Source: Candidatus Parcubacteria bacterium (GTDB lineage Bacteria > Patescibacteriota > Minisyncoccia > Phycocordibacterales > PALSA-1337). From it: a DNA stretch of 64,000 nt. Location of the stretch: positions 54,389-118,388 of the forward strand of contig CAVYBN010000007.1 of the NCBI GenBank assembly GCA_963766795.1. The letters are read 5' to 3'. This document shows positions 10,439 through 22,262 of this stretch, in pieces; position 1 is the first letter of the stretch, and every line of letters starts with the position of its first letter. The translations under genes and the position numbers were made by a program. The notes beneath the pieces were generated by a model that made no database searches, had not been told where the DNA came from, and saw nothing but the letters and a program-made list of their open reading frames with translations.

Positions 10439-10643
10439 TCGGTGTAATTATACCTTTCATTCTCCTAATATGATTGGGGATAACCCGCTTCGCGGGTTTC
10501 CAACACTGCACTCTGATGTCGTGAATAGAATTAGCATTCACGCGTCCTCGCTTGTGTGGATAAGTGCCATTTTTCCGACCAATTTTTGATCCTACTTCAT
10601 TGTCGATTTCTGACCAAAAAAAATCGTCATTTTCGACCACCAT

Positions 10644-10937
10644 TTTGACCCTCTACAAGCCCCTAGGAGACGCGATAATTTCAAATACAATATTAGCCCA
10701 CATCAAAATCATTTAAAAAGGCATTCTTTAGCTACAATAACCGGGCCGAATCACATAGGTCCGACCTCAGTAAAACATCTGATAGTGTCAGCAAGAAAAA
10801 TATTGACATACCGATCGACGGAGGTCCGACCTGTGTGATTCTAAGTAATCCACTATGTTGATAACTCTTGCTATTTTATGATGAATTATGATGTATAATT
10901 ATCAAGGTTTAATAATCTATCTTAATGCTTCAATTCC
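10644..10937. promoter_or_regulatory. AT-rich divergent intergenic region between the HTH-membrane/giant-protein operon and the small HTH gene. It contains a split inverted pair of the GGTCCGACC hairpin motif (10756-10775 and 10826-10848) flanking a TTGACAT -35-like hexamer.
   Basis: gaatcacatAGGTCCGACCTcag ...(50 bp incl. ttgacat)... ggAGGTCCGACCTgtgtgattc. These are the only non-coding ~300 bp in the first 11 kb. The genes diverge from it. Confidence 0.4.
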
Positions 10938-11189
10938 ATGCCCAATAATAAACTAATTTCGATAAAGGAAGCATCTCAAATGCTCGGCGTGACGCCGCTT
11001 ACGCTCCGGAATTGGGATAAATGCGGAAAATTAAGGGCTATGAGGCATCCTATGAACAATTATAGGGTCTATAAGGCCGAGGAAATCGAGCATTTGCTGG
11101 ATAATATGATGGATCGCAAGCCGGCTTTGTATGTTCCGGAGCGAAAAAAGACTCGTAGGCTTGAAGTAAGGCACCTGGGAGAAGATTGA
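10938..11189 (+). CDS. Small excisionase/MerR-family HTH DNA-binding protein (83 aa)
   Basis: ASQMLGVTPLTLRNWDKCGKLRAMRHPMNNYRVYKAEEIEHLL resembles the excisionase-type HTH (HTH_17-like). It is a paralogue of the N-terminus of the 9020..10438 product. Confidence 0.6.
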   Translation: MPNNKLISIKEASQMLGVTPLTLRNWDKCGKLRAMRHPMNNYRVYKAEEIEHLLDNMMDRKPALYVPERKKTRRLEVRHLGED

Positions 11190-11355
11190 TGCAAGATTCC
11201 ACGCCCTTCGGGCACTTTCTCAAGGTGGGTTTTTAAAAATAGCCGAGAGCTTTAATTCTCGCCTCGCCGAGATATCCACCAACATAGGGCTATCTCGGAT
11301 GCACTTGACAGCGCTTTGTGATAAAATATTGTATAATTAATCCATCGAAAAACAT

Positions 11356-12997
11356 ATGAAATATATACCGGTGATCGGTCTGGAAATACACGCCGAGCTC
11401 AAGACAGCCTCGAAGATGTTCTGCTCCTGCAAGAATGACCCTGACGAGGAAAGGCCTAATTCCAATATCTGCCCCATTTGCCTAGGCCATCCGGGCACTT
11501 TGCCGGTATTGAATCGCGAGGCCATAAAGCACGTGCTAAAGGTCGGTGTGGCAGTCAACGGCAAATTGGCCGACTTCACCGAGTGGGACCGCAAGAACTA
11601 CTTTTATCCGGACATCCCCAAGGGCTATCAGATCAGCCAGTACAAGTATCCGCTTGGTCTCCGACGGCGAGCTTGCCGGCGTCGCGCTCGAGCGCATCCA
11701 CCTCGAAGAAGACACCGCGCGCTCCACTCATGACATCGAGGTCGGACCTCGACACGGAATACCCAGAGGTCCGACCTCTCTAGTCGACTTCAACCGATCG
11801 GGAGTCCCTCTCTTGGAGCTCGTGACCAAGCCTGTCATCCACGACTCTGCGACCGCAGTCAGGTTCGCGAAGGAACTGCAATTGCTCCTGCGCTCTCTCG
11901 GCGCCGGCGACGCGAACATGGAGAAGGGCGAGATGAGAGTCGAAGCGAACGTGTCAGTTAGTAAGATTGATGAAGAGATAGGAGATAAGAGATTAGAGAT
12001 TAGAGAACGGCGGAGTTCGAAGGTGTCTGTCATTCCCGCTGATTCTTTTGTCATCCCCGCGAAAGCGGGGATCCAGAGTCAAACTATTGAAGGTGGTAAT
12101 ACACTGGATTCCCGCGTGCGCGGGAATGACAAAATTAAACTTGGAACGAAAACAGAAGTTAAGAACTTGAATTCATTCAGGTCGGTGGAGAAAGCGATCG
12201 AGTACGAGATCGAACGTCAGACTTCCCTCTTGGAGAAGGGCGAGGCTGTCGTCCAAGAGACTCGAGGATGGGACGACTCGCTCGGCGAAACTTATCCTCA
12301 ACGATCGAAAGAGAGCTCGCACGACTATCGCTACTTCCCTGACCCGGACATACCCAAGATGAAGCTCTCGGAGATCCCGGAGTTCTCGTCCGCTGAATTG
12401 AAGAAGTCCTTGCCAGAGCTGCCGTGGGTTAAACGAGACCGATTCAAGAAAGATCTCGGCATGACCGACAAAGAGGTTTCGGTGTTCGTTGAGAATGATT
12501 TTCTTTCGGCATATTTCGATCAGACGATTAAAGCCACCGGCACAGATAAGAAGATCGTTCGTCTCGTGATCAATTATCTTCTGACCGATTACGTCGCACT
12601 TTTAAAAGGCTCGACTGATTTGAATGGACAACGGCACCAGTTCCATTTGAATCCTCTGTACATCGAGCCGAAACATTTCGCCGAGCTCATTTCAATGGTC
12701 GCCTCCAATGAGATCTCATCCAGAGGCGCCAAAGACTTGCTTGCGATCCTCTTAAAGGAAAAGGATACTTCACCCAAAGTTCTTGCCAAGAAGCACAACC
12801 TCCTCCAAAAGAGCGACGCCGCAGACATCTCGCCGATCATCGAAAAAGTCATCGCAGACAACGCCAAAGTCGCCGCCGAGTTCAAAGCTGGCAAGACTGC
12901 ATCGCTCCAATTCCTGATCGGCCAGGCCATGAAAGCCGCCAAGGGTTCGGCTAATCCGGAGGTAGTCAAGAAGCTTCTCATTGAAAAGCTTGGCTGA
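11356..12997 (+). CDS. gatB: Asp-tRNA(Asn)/Glu-tRNA(Gln) amidotransferase subunit B. It is split by an apparent +1 frameshift near 11655-11665 and carries at least three in-frame repeat insertions.
   Basis: The N-terminus MKYIPVIGLEIHAELKTASKMFCSC...NICPICLGHPGTLPVLN and the later IHLEEDT...YRYFPDPDIP are canonical GatB. The frame-1 ORF 11356..11733 and the frame-2 ORF 11546..12997 overlap, and the conserved sequence continues across them (..QISQYKYPL | VSDGELAGVALERIHLEEDTA). Inserted peptides are HDIEVGPRHGIPRGPTSL, SKIDEEIGDKRLEIRERR and VIPAKAGIQSQTIEGGNTLDSRVRGNDK. Confidence 0.85.
12029..12129. repeat. Family-A palindromic element (with an extra half-arm at 12029-12045), in frame in gatB
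   Basis: gtcattcccgctgattcttttgtcatccccgcgaaagcggggatccag ... ctggattcccgcgtgcgcgggaatgac. Confidence 0.85.
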
Positions 12998-13003
12998 ATC
13001 AGC

Positions 13004-13022
13004 ACACAGGTCGGACCTGCGT
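13004..13022. terminator. Family-B palindromic hairpin (cacacaGGTCGGACCtgcg), 7 bp after the gatB stop. A possible terminator or REP-like element.
   Basis: A perfect GGTCGGACC core with flanking inverted cacaca/tgcg. The same hairpin recurs at 18069-18089, 56147-56166, 63628-63660 and, split, at 10756-10848. Confidence 0.35.
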
Positions 13023-13199
13023 AATCGGGTCATTTCCACCGTTTGACCCGATTATCGCATTGAAAAACATTCATAATCATTGAAAAAGCTCTCATTCACA
13101 GGAGCTTCTTAGTCTGTAAACATTATTAAAGGCGGATATTCCCTGCTTCAAGGGATGTCGGTAAATTTTATCAGCTTCAATCGATTGAAATGCAGAGCA

Positions 13200-13297
13200 G
13201 GAGATGACGCCTGTTCAGGACGGTGCCCCCCGTGCGAACATTTCTGGTATTCGTTTTGTTGTCAAAGTCCTTCACGGGCATGTTCCTACCGCTCTTT
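13200..13297. repeat. Family-D MITE-like element (reverse orientation, one end degenerate), intergenic between gatB and obg
   Basis: ctgttcaggacggtgccccccgtgcgaacatttctggtattcgttttgttgtcaaagtccttcacgggcatgttcctaccgctc aligns with the reverse complement of 56977-57076. Confidence 0.6.
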
Positions 13298-13305
13298 AAT
13301 AACCT

Positions 13306-14295
13306 TCACTGAAGCAGCTTGACCAGCTCTTCCGCCAGCTTCTTGATGGCGCCATCGTCGAGAACGGAGACTTCAAGGATGTTTACGGAGGTTCGACCTC
13401 CGTTTTTCGACATGCCCGCCAATGCCTTTCTAGCTTTTTTGATCGTATTTGAATCGACCAGATCAGTCTTGGTCAAAATGATGACTTCCTTCTTTTCCGT
13501 GAGCCCTTCGCCGAACTTTTCCAATTCTTTGCGGATCACCCGGTATGCAGCCTCGACGTCTTCGTTCTCGAGGGAGATCAGATGCAAGAGCATCTTGGTG
13601 CGCTTAACATGCCGCAGGAATCGATGACCGAGGCCTTTGCCTTCGGAAGCGCCTTCGATCAGTCCGGGAATGTCGGCCAGAATGTAGCCGCCGGGCAAGA
13701 CACCCAGATGCGGGTCGAGCGTGGTGAAGGCATACGACGCGACTTTGGCGCGAGCATGCGTGAGCGCGTTCAGGAGGCTGGATTTGCCGGCGTTCGGCAG
13801 ACCGATGAGACCGGCGTCGGCGATCAAGTTGAGCTCGACTTTGAAGTCGGCCTCATCGCCATTCACGCCGGGCGTGGATTGTTCCGGAGCGACATTCGTA
13901 GAAGCTTTGAAGTATTCGTTCCCGAGACCTCCGCGGCCGCCGTGCAGGATCTTCGAGACTTGGCCGTCTTCGATGAGCTCGACCACGCGGCCGGAATCGA
14001 CGTTGGTGACGATCGAGCCGATAGGCAGATCTATGTAGCGATCCTTGCCAGTCCTGCCCTGTTTGCTCTGGTTGGCTCCGGCAGAGCCGTCGTCGGCATC
14101 GAAGCGCTTGACCGCCTTGTGGCGAGCCAAGATGTTGAAATCGCGCACAGCGCGCACGAAGACATCGCCGCCCTTGCCGCCGTTGCCGCCGGACGCGCCG
14201 GCGAATTCCTTGAATTTCTCGTGCCGCCAGCGCACGACCCCGCCGCCGCCGTCTCCGGCTTTGGCGTGGAACTCTATTTCGTCTATGAGAGCCAT
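13306..14295 (-). CDS. obg: GTPase Obg/CgtA
   Basis: A Gly-rich N-terminal Obg fold (FHAKAGDGGGGVVRWRHEKFKEFAGASGGNGGKGGDV) followed by G1-G4 motifs (GLPNAGKSSLLNAL, DIPGLIEGA, TKTD). Confidence 0.9.
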   Translation of the reverse strand: MALIDEIEFHAKAGDGGGGVVRWRHEKFKEFAGASGGNGGKGGDVFVRAVRDFNILARHKAVKRFDADDGSAGANQSKQGRTGKDRYIDLPIGSIVTNVDSGRVVELIEDGQVSKILHGGRGGLGNEYFKASTNVAPEQSTPGVNGDEADFKVELNLIADAGLIGLPNAGKSSLLNALTHARAKVASYAFTTLDPHLGVLPGGYILADIPGLIEGASEGKGLGHRFLRHVKRTKMLLHLISLENEDVEAAYRVIRKELEKFGEGLTEKKEVIILTKTDLVDSNTIKKARKALAGMSKNGGRTSVNILEVSVLDDGAIKKLAEELVKLLQ

Positions 14296-14325
14296 GGTCG
14301 GCTCATAGTACGCTACTAGAGCGAA

Positions 14326-14814
14326 TTACTCAACTTTTAATTCATGCTCAATGATCTTCGATTGGTACTCCTTGGTCGAAGGCTTGTCGAACAGGAATCT
14401 CCCTTTGAAGCGCTTGCCTTTGAGGAAAAGCGGCATCCAATAGAGATCGTCTGGCCACATGTCCTTGAATGGGATCTCATTTACGTCGAACCATTGCGGC
14501 TTCATCTCTTCGGTTTCGATCGGGTTGCCGGTAAAATCGCTGACCTTGAAGAAGTTGACTTCGACGATCTCCTGATCGCTTTCGAATACGAAATGTATTA
14601 ATCCGACATTCTCCAGACTCAAAGCTTCAATGTGGGCTTCTTCTGAAAGTTCCCTTTTGGCGGCGTCTTCGATGGATTCACCGTCATGGACTTTGCCGCC
14701 GAAGCCGTTCCATCTGCCAGCGCCGAAGCCGCACTTCTTCAGACCCAGAAGGATTTTAGGCGGCTGGTGCACCAAGCACAATGTAGTGATGATCTTTTTA
14801 TTTTCTGTAAACAT
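14326..14814 (-). CDS. NUDIX hydrolase (MutT/8-oxo-dGTPase-like)
   Basis: Nudix box GGKVHDGESIEDAAKRELSEEAHI, in a 162 aa protein. Confidence 0.8.
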   Translation of the reverse strand: MFTENKKIITTLCLVHQPPKILLGLKKCGFGAGRWNGFGGKVHDGESIEDAAKRELSEEAHIEALSLENVGLIHFVFESDQEIVEVNFFKVSDFTGNPIETEEMKPQWFDVNEIPFKDMWPDDLYWMPLFLKGKRFKGRFLFDKPSTKEYQSKIIEHELKVE

Positions 14815-14942
14815 TCTTTTTACCGCACCACGGGCAATGCCATTCTAGCTTCTTTGCCGGTGCGTCGCCGATCGTCCACCATTTATGGCAACGGGCGCAG
14901 GAAAAATGGTGGAGTGATTCGACGGAACGTTTTCCTTTTTTA

Positions 14943-14957
<15 letters not shown>
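14798..14957 (-). CDS. Small zinc-ribbon protein (~53 aa, CxxC...CxxC). Its start overlaps the secA stop.
   Basis: The track ORF 14798..15073 is out of frame with secA over its first 38 codons. The internal ATG at 14955-14957 gives MARENSKKGKRSVESLHHFSCARCHKWWTIGDAPAKKLEWHCPWCGKKNVYRK. Confidence 0.35.
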
Positions 14958-18032
<3,075 letters not shown>

Positions 18033-18068
18033 TAGAGAGCCACTCTAGCACATTTTGAGCGAGAAAAA

Positions 18069-18089
18069 CACACAGGTTCGACCTGTGTG
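18069..18089. terminator. Family-B hairpin (cacacaGGTTCGACCtgtgtg) between the murB stop and the secA start
   Basis: A 21-nt perfect palindrome in the 64 bp murB-secA spacer. Confidence 0.4.
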
Positions 18090-18096
18090 ATCAGAC

Positions 18097-19302
18097 TCAA
18101 TTCACCCAATCGACTTCGCCTTCGATATCGAGATCGGTCTTGTCCTTGACGCGCCGCATGAGCTCTTGCGAAAGGCTGACGACCTCCGCGGCGGAAGCGC
18201 CCGGCACGGCAACTAGGACCAAGGCTTGCTTCTCATAGACGCAAGCCTTGCCCATCTTGAGCCCTTTGACGTCGCAAACCTTATCGAGGACCCAGCCTAG
18301 CGAGACCTTGACTCGGCCGTCCGGCTCCGGAAAGCCCGGCAGGTCCGGATATTTTGCCTTCAAGAACTTGAATCTATCGGCGTCAATGATCGGATTCTTG
18401 AAGAACGAGCCGGCCGTGCCCCAGAGCTTCCAATCCGGCAATTTGCGGGAGCGCACGTCGATGACGGCCTCGCGTACCTGTTTAAGGGTAGGACGCATTG
18501 ATTGATGAGCTGGATTCGCCGACTGCGCCGTTGGATTGATTGCCGGTTGTTTGGCAACCGATCGACCTTTAATAGTTTTTTTGCCAACGAAATAGTCCTG
18601 CAAGTCTTTGTAGTCAATGTTGACATTGCCATTTTTTGAAAGACTGAAATCGACGCGCGTGATGATGTAGCGGCCTCGCTCGCGCTTGAAGAGGCTGTCG
18701 CGGTAAGCAAATCCGCAATCCGCATTCGAAAGCTCGACGAACTCCATCGAGCGCGTGTCCAGCGCGCGCACGCTCGAGATCGTATGAGCCGCTTCCGCGC
18801 CGTACGCTCCGATGTTCTGCACCGGCGTCGCTCCGACCGTGCCGGGAATGGCGGAGAGATTCTCGATGCCGTATAATCCCCGCTCTACAGCCCAGTCCAC
18901 GAGGCCGTCCCATAATTCACCGGCACCGACGGTTATTGTAACTGTGTTGTCATTCCCGCGCATGCGGGAATCCAGTGTATCACTGCTTTCGATTTCAGCA
19001 GTCTGACCCTGGATCCCCGCTTTCGCGGGGATGACAGTTTGTCCCTTGATCCCTGCTATCTCCATCTTAATGACTAATCCTTGGAATCCCTTATCGGAGA
19101 TAAGAACATTCGATCCGCCGCCGAGGACGAATATCGGCAGCTCTTTCTTCTTGGCGAAGCTGACGGCTTCGATCAATTCATCTTCATTCGAAGCACGACA
19201 AAAAAACGCGGCGGAGCCGCCGATCTTGAAAGTGGTGAATTCAGCAAGTTGGATGTTTTCTTTGATAAGCACATCAGTTAAATTCCAAATTCCAGAGATC
19301 AA
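18097..19302 (-). CDS. murB: UDP-N-acetylenolpyruvoylglucosamine reductase MurB, with an in-frame Family-A insertion
   Basis: FAD-binding N-terminus (FTTFKIGGSAAFFCRASNEDELIEAVSFAKKKELPIFVLGGGSNVL) and GTVGATPVQNIGAYG. The insertion VIPAKAGIQGQTAEIESSDTLDSRMRGNDN splits a conserved block. Confidence 0.85.
   Translation of the reverse strand: MISGIWNLTDVLIKENIQLAEFTTFKIGGSAAFFCRASNEDELIEAVSFAKKKELPIFVLGGGSNVLISDKGFQGLVIKMEIAGIKGQTVIPAKAGIQGQTAEIESSDTLDSRMRGNDNTVTITVGAGELWDGLVDWAVERGLYGIENLSAIPGTVGATPVQNIGAYGAEAAHTISSVRALDTRSMEFVELSNADCGFAYRDSLFKRERGRYIITRVDFSLSKNGNVNIDYKDLQDYFVGKKTIKGRSVAKQPAINPTAQSANPAHQSMRPTLKQVREAVIDVRSRKLPDWKLWGTAGSFFKNPIIDADRFKFLKAKYPDLPGFPEPDGRVKVSLGWVLDKVCDVKGLKMGKACVYEKQALVLVAVPGASAAEVVSLSQELMRRVKDKTDLDIEGEVDWVN
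18949..19035. repeat. Family-A palindromic element, in frame in murB
   Basis: gtcattcccgcgcatgcgggaatccag ... ctggatccccgctttcgcggggatgac. Confidence 0.9.
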
Positions 19303-19400
19303 ATCCCAGAAAAATCTCAGAATTCAAATTTCAAATATCATACTGTTTTTTGATCATTGGAATTTGAATTTTTTCTGGAATTTGTGATTTGGATTTTGAA
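19255..19400. repeat. Family-E AT-rich palindromic intergenic element. Its second copy is at 23255-23400.
   Basis: aaatcccagaaaaatctcagaattcaaatttcaaat...ttggaatttgaattttttctggaatttgtgatttggattttgaaatttcaag. The same architecture and about 80% identity occur at 23255-23400. Confidence 0.65.
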
Positions 19401-19654
19401 ATTTCAAGATATGATCTTGCGCCAACTGACGGCGACGGGTGCGAGCTCCAAATATTGTCTAAAATAATGTGAGTACAGCCGTCGCCGTCACTTGGTGCAA
19501 TCCGCGCTCAATTGTACAAAGAATCGGCCGGAAACGCAAAAGGCCGCCAGAGGCGGCGCTTTGCGTTAGACATTTTGGAGAGTGCCCACACTTTCGCACT
19601 CACGCCAGTACTATAGCATGGAGATTGATTATTATCAAGCTCTGCCTGTGCACA

Positions 19655-19900
19655 ACTCCACCGCTTCCTCTCGGCGACAACAGTGTTCCGTCCGAGACCG
19701 CTCTGCCTTTCGACAGAATTGCGGCTCGGTCCGGAACACTGTTCTCGCCTGCGGAAGCGGTTCATGCAAGGCAGAAGCGGAACATGGGATGAAGCGACAT
19801 TGCGAAGGCGCGAAAGGCGCCGAGCACAAGAAATCGTCCCGATGGACATCGGGACGATTTCGGTCGCTGAACCCCATGTTCCGCTTCTGCCTCAAATTAT
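19655..19900. repeat. Composite Family-C palindromic elements. The left half is homologous to 7386-7500 (inside the giant gene). The right half is homologous to 22110-22262.
   Basis: gacaacagtgttccgtccgagaccgctctgcc...ggctcggtccggaacactgttctc (a hairpin), then ggcagaagcggaacatggg...cccatgttccgcttctgcc (a hairpin). Matching copies are listed in the call. Confidence 0.65.
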
Positions 19901-22104
19901 CACTTTTTCGCTGACTGGATCTGCTGGATGGCGGCATCAATCTGCGTCTTGTATTCGGGGTGGGCTTTGGCAAGCTGCTGTAGGGTCGCAATGGCTTGCT
20001 GATTCATGCCAGCCGCGTACTCGGCTTGCGCCAGTTGCGTGCCGGCAGTCAGGTCGGTCGAAGTGGCGGTGAATGACTTCTGGTATATTGCAATGGCTTT
20101 CGAGTAATCCTTGGCGATCATGTAGGCCTGAGCGATCTGCGGAGTTCCGAACAGCGCGGGATCGTCGCCGAAGAGCTGATGCGCCTTGGCTTCTTCCCCA
20201 TTCGCGACCAATGCCAGCACATAAGCAGACTTCACTTCACCGTCTGATGGATCCAGCGCATAGGCCTGCGCCAGAAGCGTCACGGCTTTGGCGATCTCGC
20301 CGCCATTCAGGTAAACATTGGAAAGCTCGAGATCGAGGGATTGCTTGGCCGGAGACAGCTGGTGGGCGGTTTCGAGCAGAGGCTCGGCTTGCGAGAATTG
20401 TCCGATCGAGGCCAGAAATGATCCGCCGAGCGTGTATATGCGCGCGTCCTTCCACGGCGTAGCCGCAATCTGATCCTGGATAGTCTGCATGGCCGAGCCG
20501 AAGAATGCCTGCTTGACCGGTCCGGGAACCTGCTGGCTGCCGATGACATTCCCGGCGCAGGACAGGAGCTGTTCGCGGATCTCTTGATCGGCTCCGTAAA
20601 CATTCACGGACAAGGCCGACTGGAAGAGCGAGGCGTCGGTGATCTGCGGACTGCCGCAGGCTTGAAGAGCCGCGATGAGGCGAGTGTTGGCTTGTATCGG
20701 ACGATAATCGAAGAAATAGAGCGTGAAGACCAAGGCGACGATGACGGCCGGAGCGGCGATGTATTCGACGGATTCGAGCGAGATCTGCTTGTTCCACCAC
20801 GACCACTGGATCGGCTTGCCTGCTCGGAATGAATCCGTGAATGCCAGCGCCGCGAAGAACGGCACATAGCTGGCCAAGTTGTCGAAGACGAAGATATTAT
20901 GCACGGCATAAGCTCCGATCAATCCGGTGAGCACGCTCTTCTCGGCTATCGAAAGCGACGACTTCCAGACGGCATAAAGGAACAAGATGTACAAAGAAAG
21001 ATACGCCAGCAAGCCGACTAGGCCGGAAGCCGTCAGCCAATCGAGATAGACGCTGTGCGCGCGGTCGAACCATTGCTCCTGATTCCACATGTGCGGATTG
21101 TAATAGGCGTTGAAGATGTAGTTGAAATTCTCCTGTCCCCAGCCGAGGATCGGACGGTGCTCCCAGCCGGTCAGCGCCATGTTCCAGATGTAGAGACGCG
21201 CGACTGATTCCGTGTCAGTGAGAGAGATCTTGGTCAAACGGCCGAGGATCTCGTTATTCTTGATGATCGGAGCGTTGCGAGCCGACCAGATGCCGATCCC
21301 AACTATTATGACGCCGATCAAGATGCCTCCGGCGACCTTACGGGAGCGCTTCGATTGGTCACGACCGATGATTGCGTAAATGAAAAGCCCCAACATCAAT
21401 CCGCCAACCCAACCAAGAATAGTGCCGCGAGTATTGGTCTCGAATAAGAGGAAGCTGAAGAAGACAGCCAGTATCGGATAGGCCCACATCAGGAATTTGG
21501 CGTTAGCTATTTTCTTGGCCTTGGCCGTGAAGAAGAGGTACGCGCAAAGGCCGGCATTCCAGAGCATGTACACGGCCATGTAAGCGGCATTGCCGAGCGA
21601 AGCATCGATGCGGCTCGAACCCTGGTGGATGGCCGCCCAGCCGAACAATTGCCATAGGCCGTAGACGCCGACGCACAGCGCCACGAATATCTCGAAGTTG
21701 AGCCAGCGGTGCCACATGCGCCTTCCCGTTTCGCCGGTGCCAAATATGCCGGTCGCCGCCATGAATAAGGCCCAGAGGTGGACGACGGTGATCCAGCCCT
21801 CCATGCGCTCGAAGTTCGACCACATACTGCGGAGCGGATTGACGCCGGCGAGATCTGCGACCAGCGCGACCAGAGCGAAGACGGTCACGCCGATCGTGAG
21901 CGGCGTCAATTTCGGACGATACTTGGCGTCGAGCGCGGAGAGGACCAGCCAAGCCGCGAAAGCGATCTCCACCAGGACGCGGAAATAGAAGGCCTTGCCG
22001 GTGATGAACGGGAAGAAGAACGAATTGGCGACGATCAGCGGGAATATCGGCACTAGGAACAGGGCCGCGATGGCGATGCCGCGCAGGGTTTTTTGTAGAT
22101 TCAT
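19900..22104 (-). CDS. O-antigen ligase (Wzy_C/WaaL/PglL) family polytopic membrane protein with a C-terminal TPR domain. The start is reassigned to MNLQK at 22104.
   Basis: About 12 predicted TM helices and a large loop with conserved Arg/His typical of the Wzy_C family. The C-terminal ~250 aa carry TPR-like repeats (AQAYALDP..., AQAYMIAKDYSKAIAIYQKS, AEYAAGMNQQAIATLQQL). The first 51 called codons lie inside the Family-C repeat and are not protein-like. Confidence 0.7.
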   Translation of the reverse strand: MNLQKTLRGIAIAALFLVPIFPLIVANSFFFPFITGKAFYFRVLVEIAFAAWLVLSALDAKYRPKLTPLTIGVTVFALVALVADLAGVNPLRSMWSNFERMEGWITVVHLWALFMAATGIFGTGETGRRMWHRWLNFEIFVALCVGVYGLWQLFGWAAIHQGSSRIDASLGNAAYMAVYMLWNAGLCAYLFFTAKAKKIANAKFLMWAYPILAVFFSFLLFETNTRGTILGWVGGLMLGLFIYAIIGRDQSKRSRKVAGGILIGVIIVGIGIWSARNAPIIKNNEILGRLTKISLTDTESVARLYIWNMALTGWEHRPILGWGQENFNYIFNAYYNPHMWNQEQWFDRAHSVYLDWLTASGLVGLLAYLSLYILFLYAVWKSSLSIAEKSVLTGLIGAYAVHNIFVFDNLASYVPFFAALAFTDSFRAGKPIQWSWWNKQISLESVEYIAAPAVIVALVFTLYFFDYRPIQANTRLIAALQACGSPQITDASLFQSALSVNVYGADQEIREQLLSCAGNVIGSQQVPGPVKQAFFGSAMQTIQDQIAATPWKDARIYTLGGSFLASIGQFSQAEPLLETAHQLSPAKQSLDLELSNVYLNGGEIAKAVTLLAQAYALDPSDGEVKSAYVLALVANGEEAKAHQLFGDDPALFGTPQIAQAYMIAKDYSKAIAIYQKSFTATSTDLTAGTQLAQAEYAAGMNQQAIATLQQLAKAHPEYKTQIDAAIQQIQSAKK

Positions 22105-22109
22105 GAGAT

Positions 22110-22262
22110 GAATATAGCATGGGCATGAGGCAGAAGCAAAACATGGGGATTCGGCGACCGAAATCGCGCCCTGCTGGGCGCGTTTCTCGTGCTCGGCGCC
22201 TTCGCGCCTCCGCAATGCCGCCTCACCCCATGTTTTGCTTCTGCCTCCAAGCTTCAATTCCT
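22110..22262. repeat. Family-C palindromic element immediately upstream of the ligase-like gene
   Basis: ggcagaagcaaaacatgggg...gcgccgagcac...ccccatgttttgcttctgcc. Its partner is at 19760-19900 on the other side of the same gene. Confidence 0.65.

Noticed and set aside
10203-10643. Minus-strand ORF 10203..10643 (146 aa)
   Set aside because: It overlaps the 5' end of the HTH-membrane gene in another frame and extends into the AT-rich promoter region. The HTH reading frame has a clear paralogue, which supports it over this ORF.
20237-22144. ORFs 20237..20806, 20307..20603, 21503..22144 and others overlapping the ligase-like gene
   Set aside because: They are alternative frames of the 19900..22104 membrane-protein gene and are Arg/Ser/Pro-rich nonsense.
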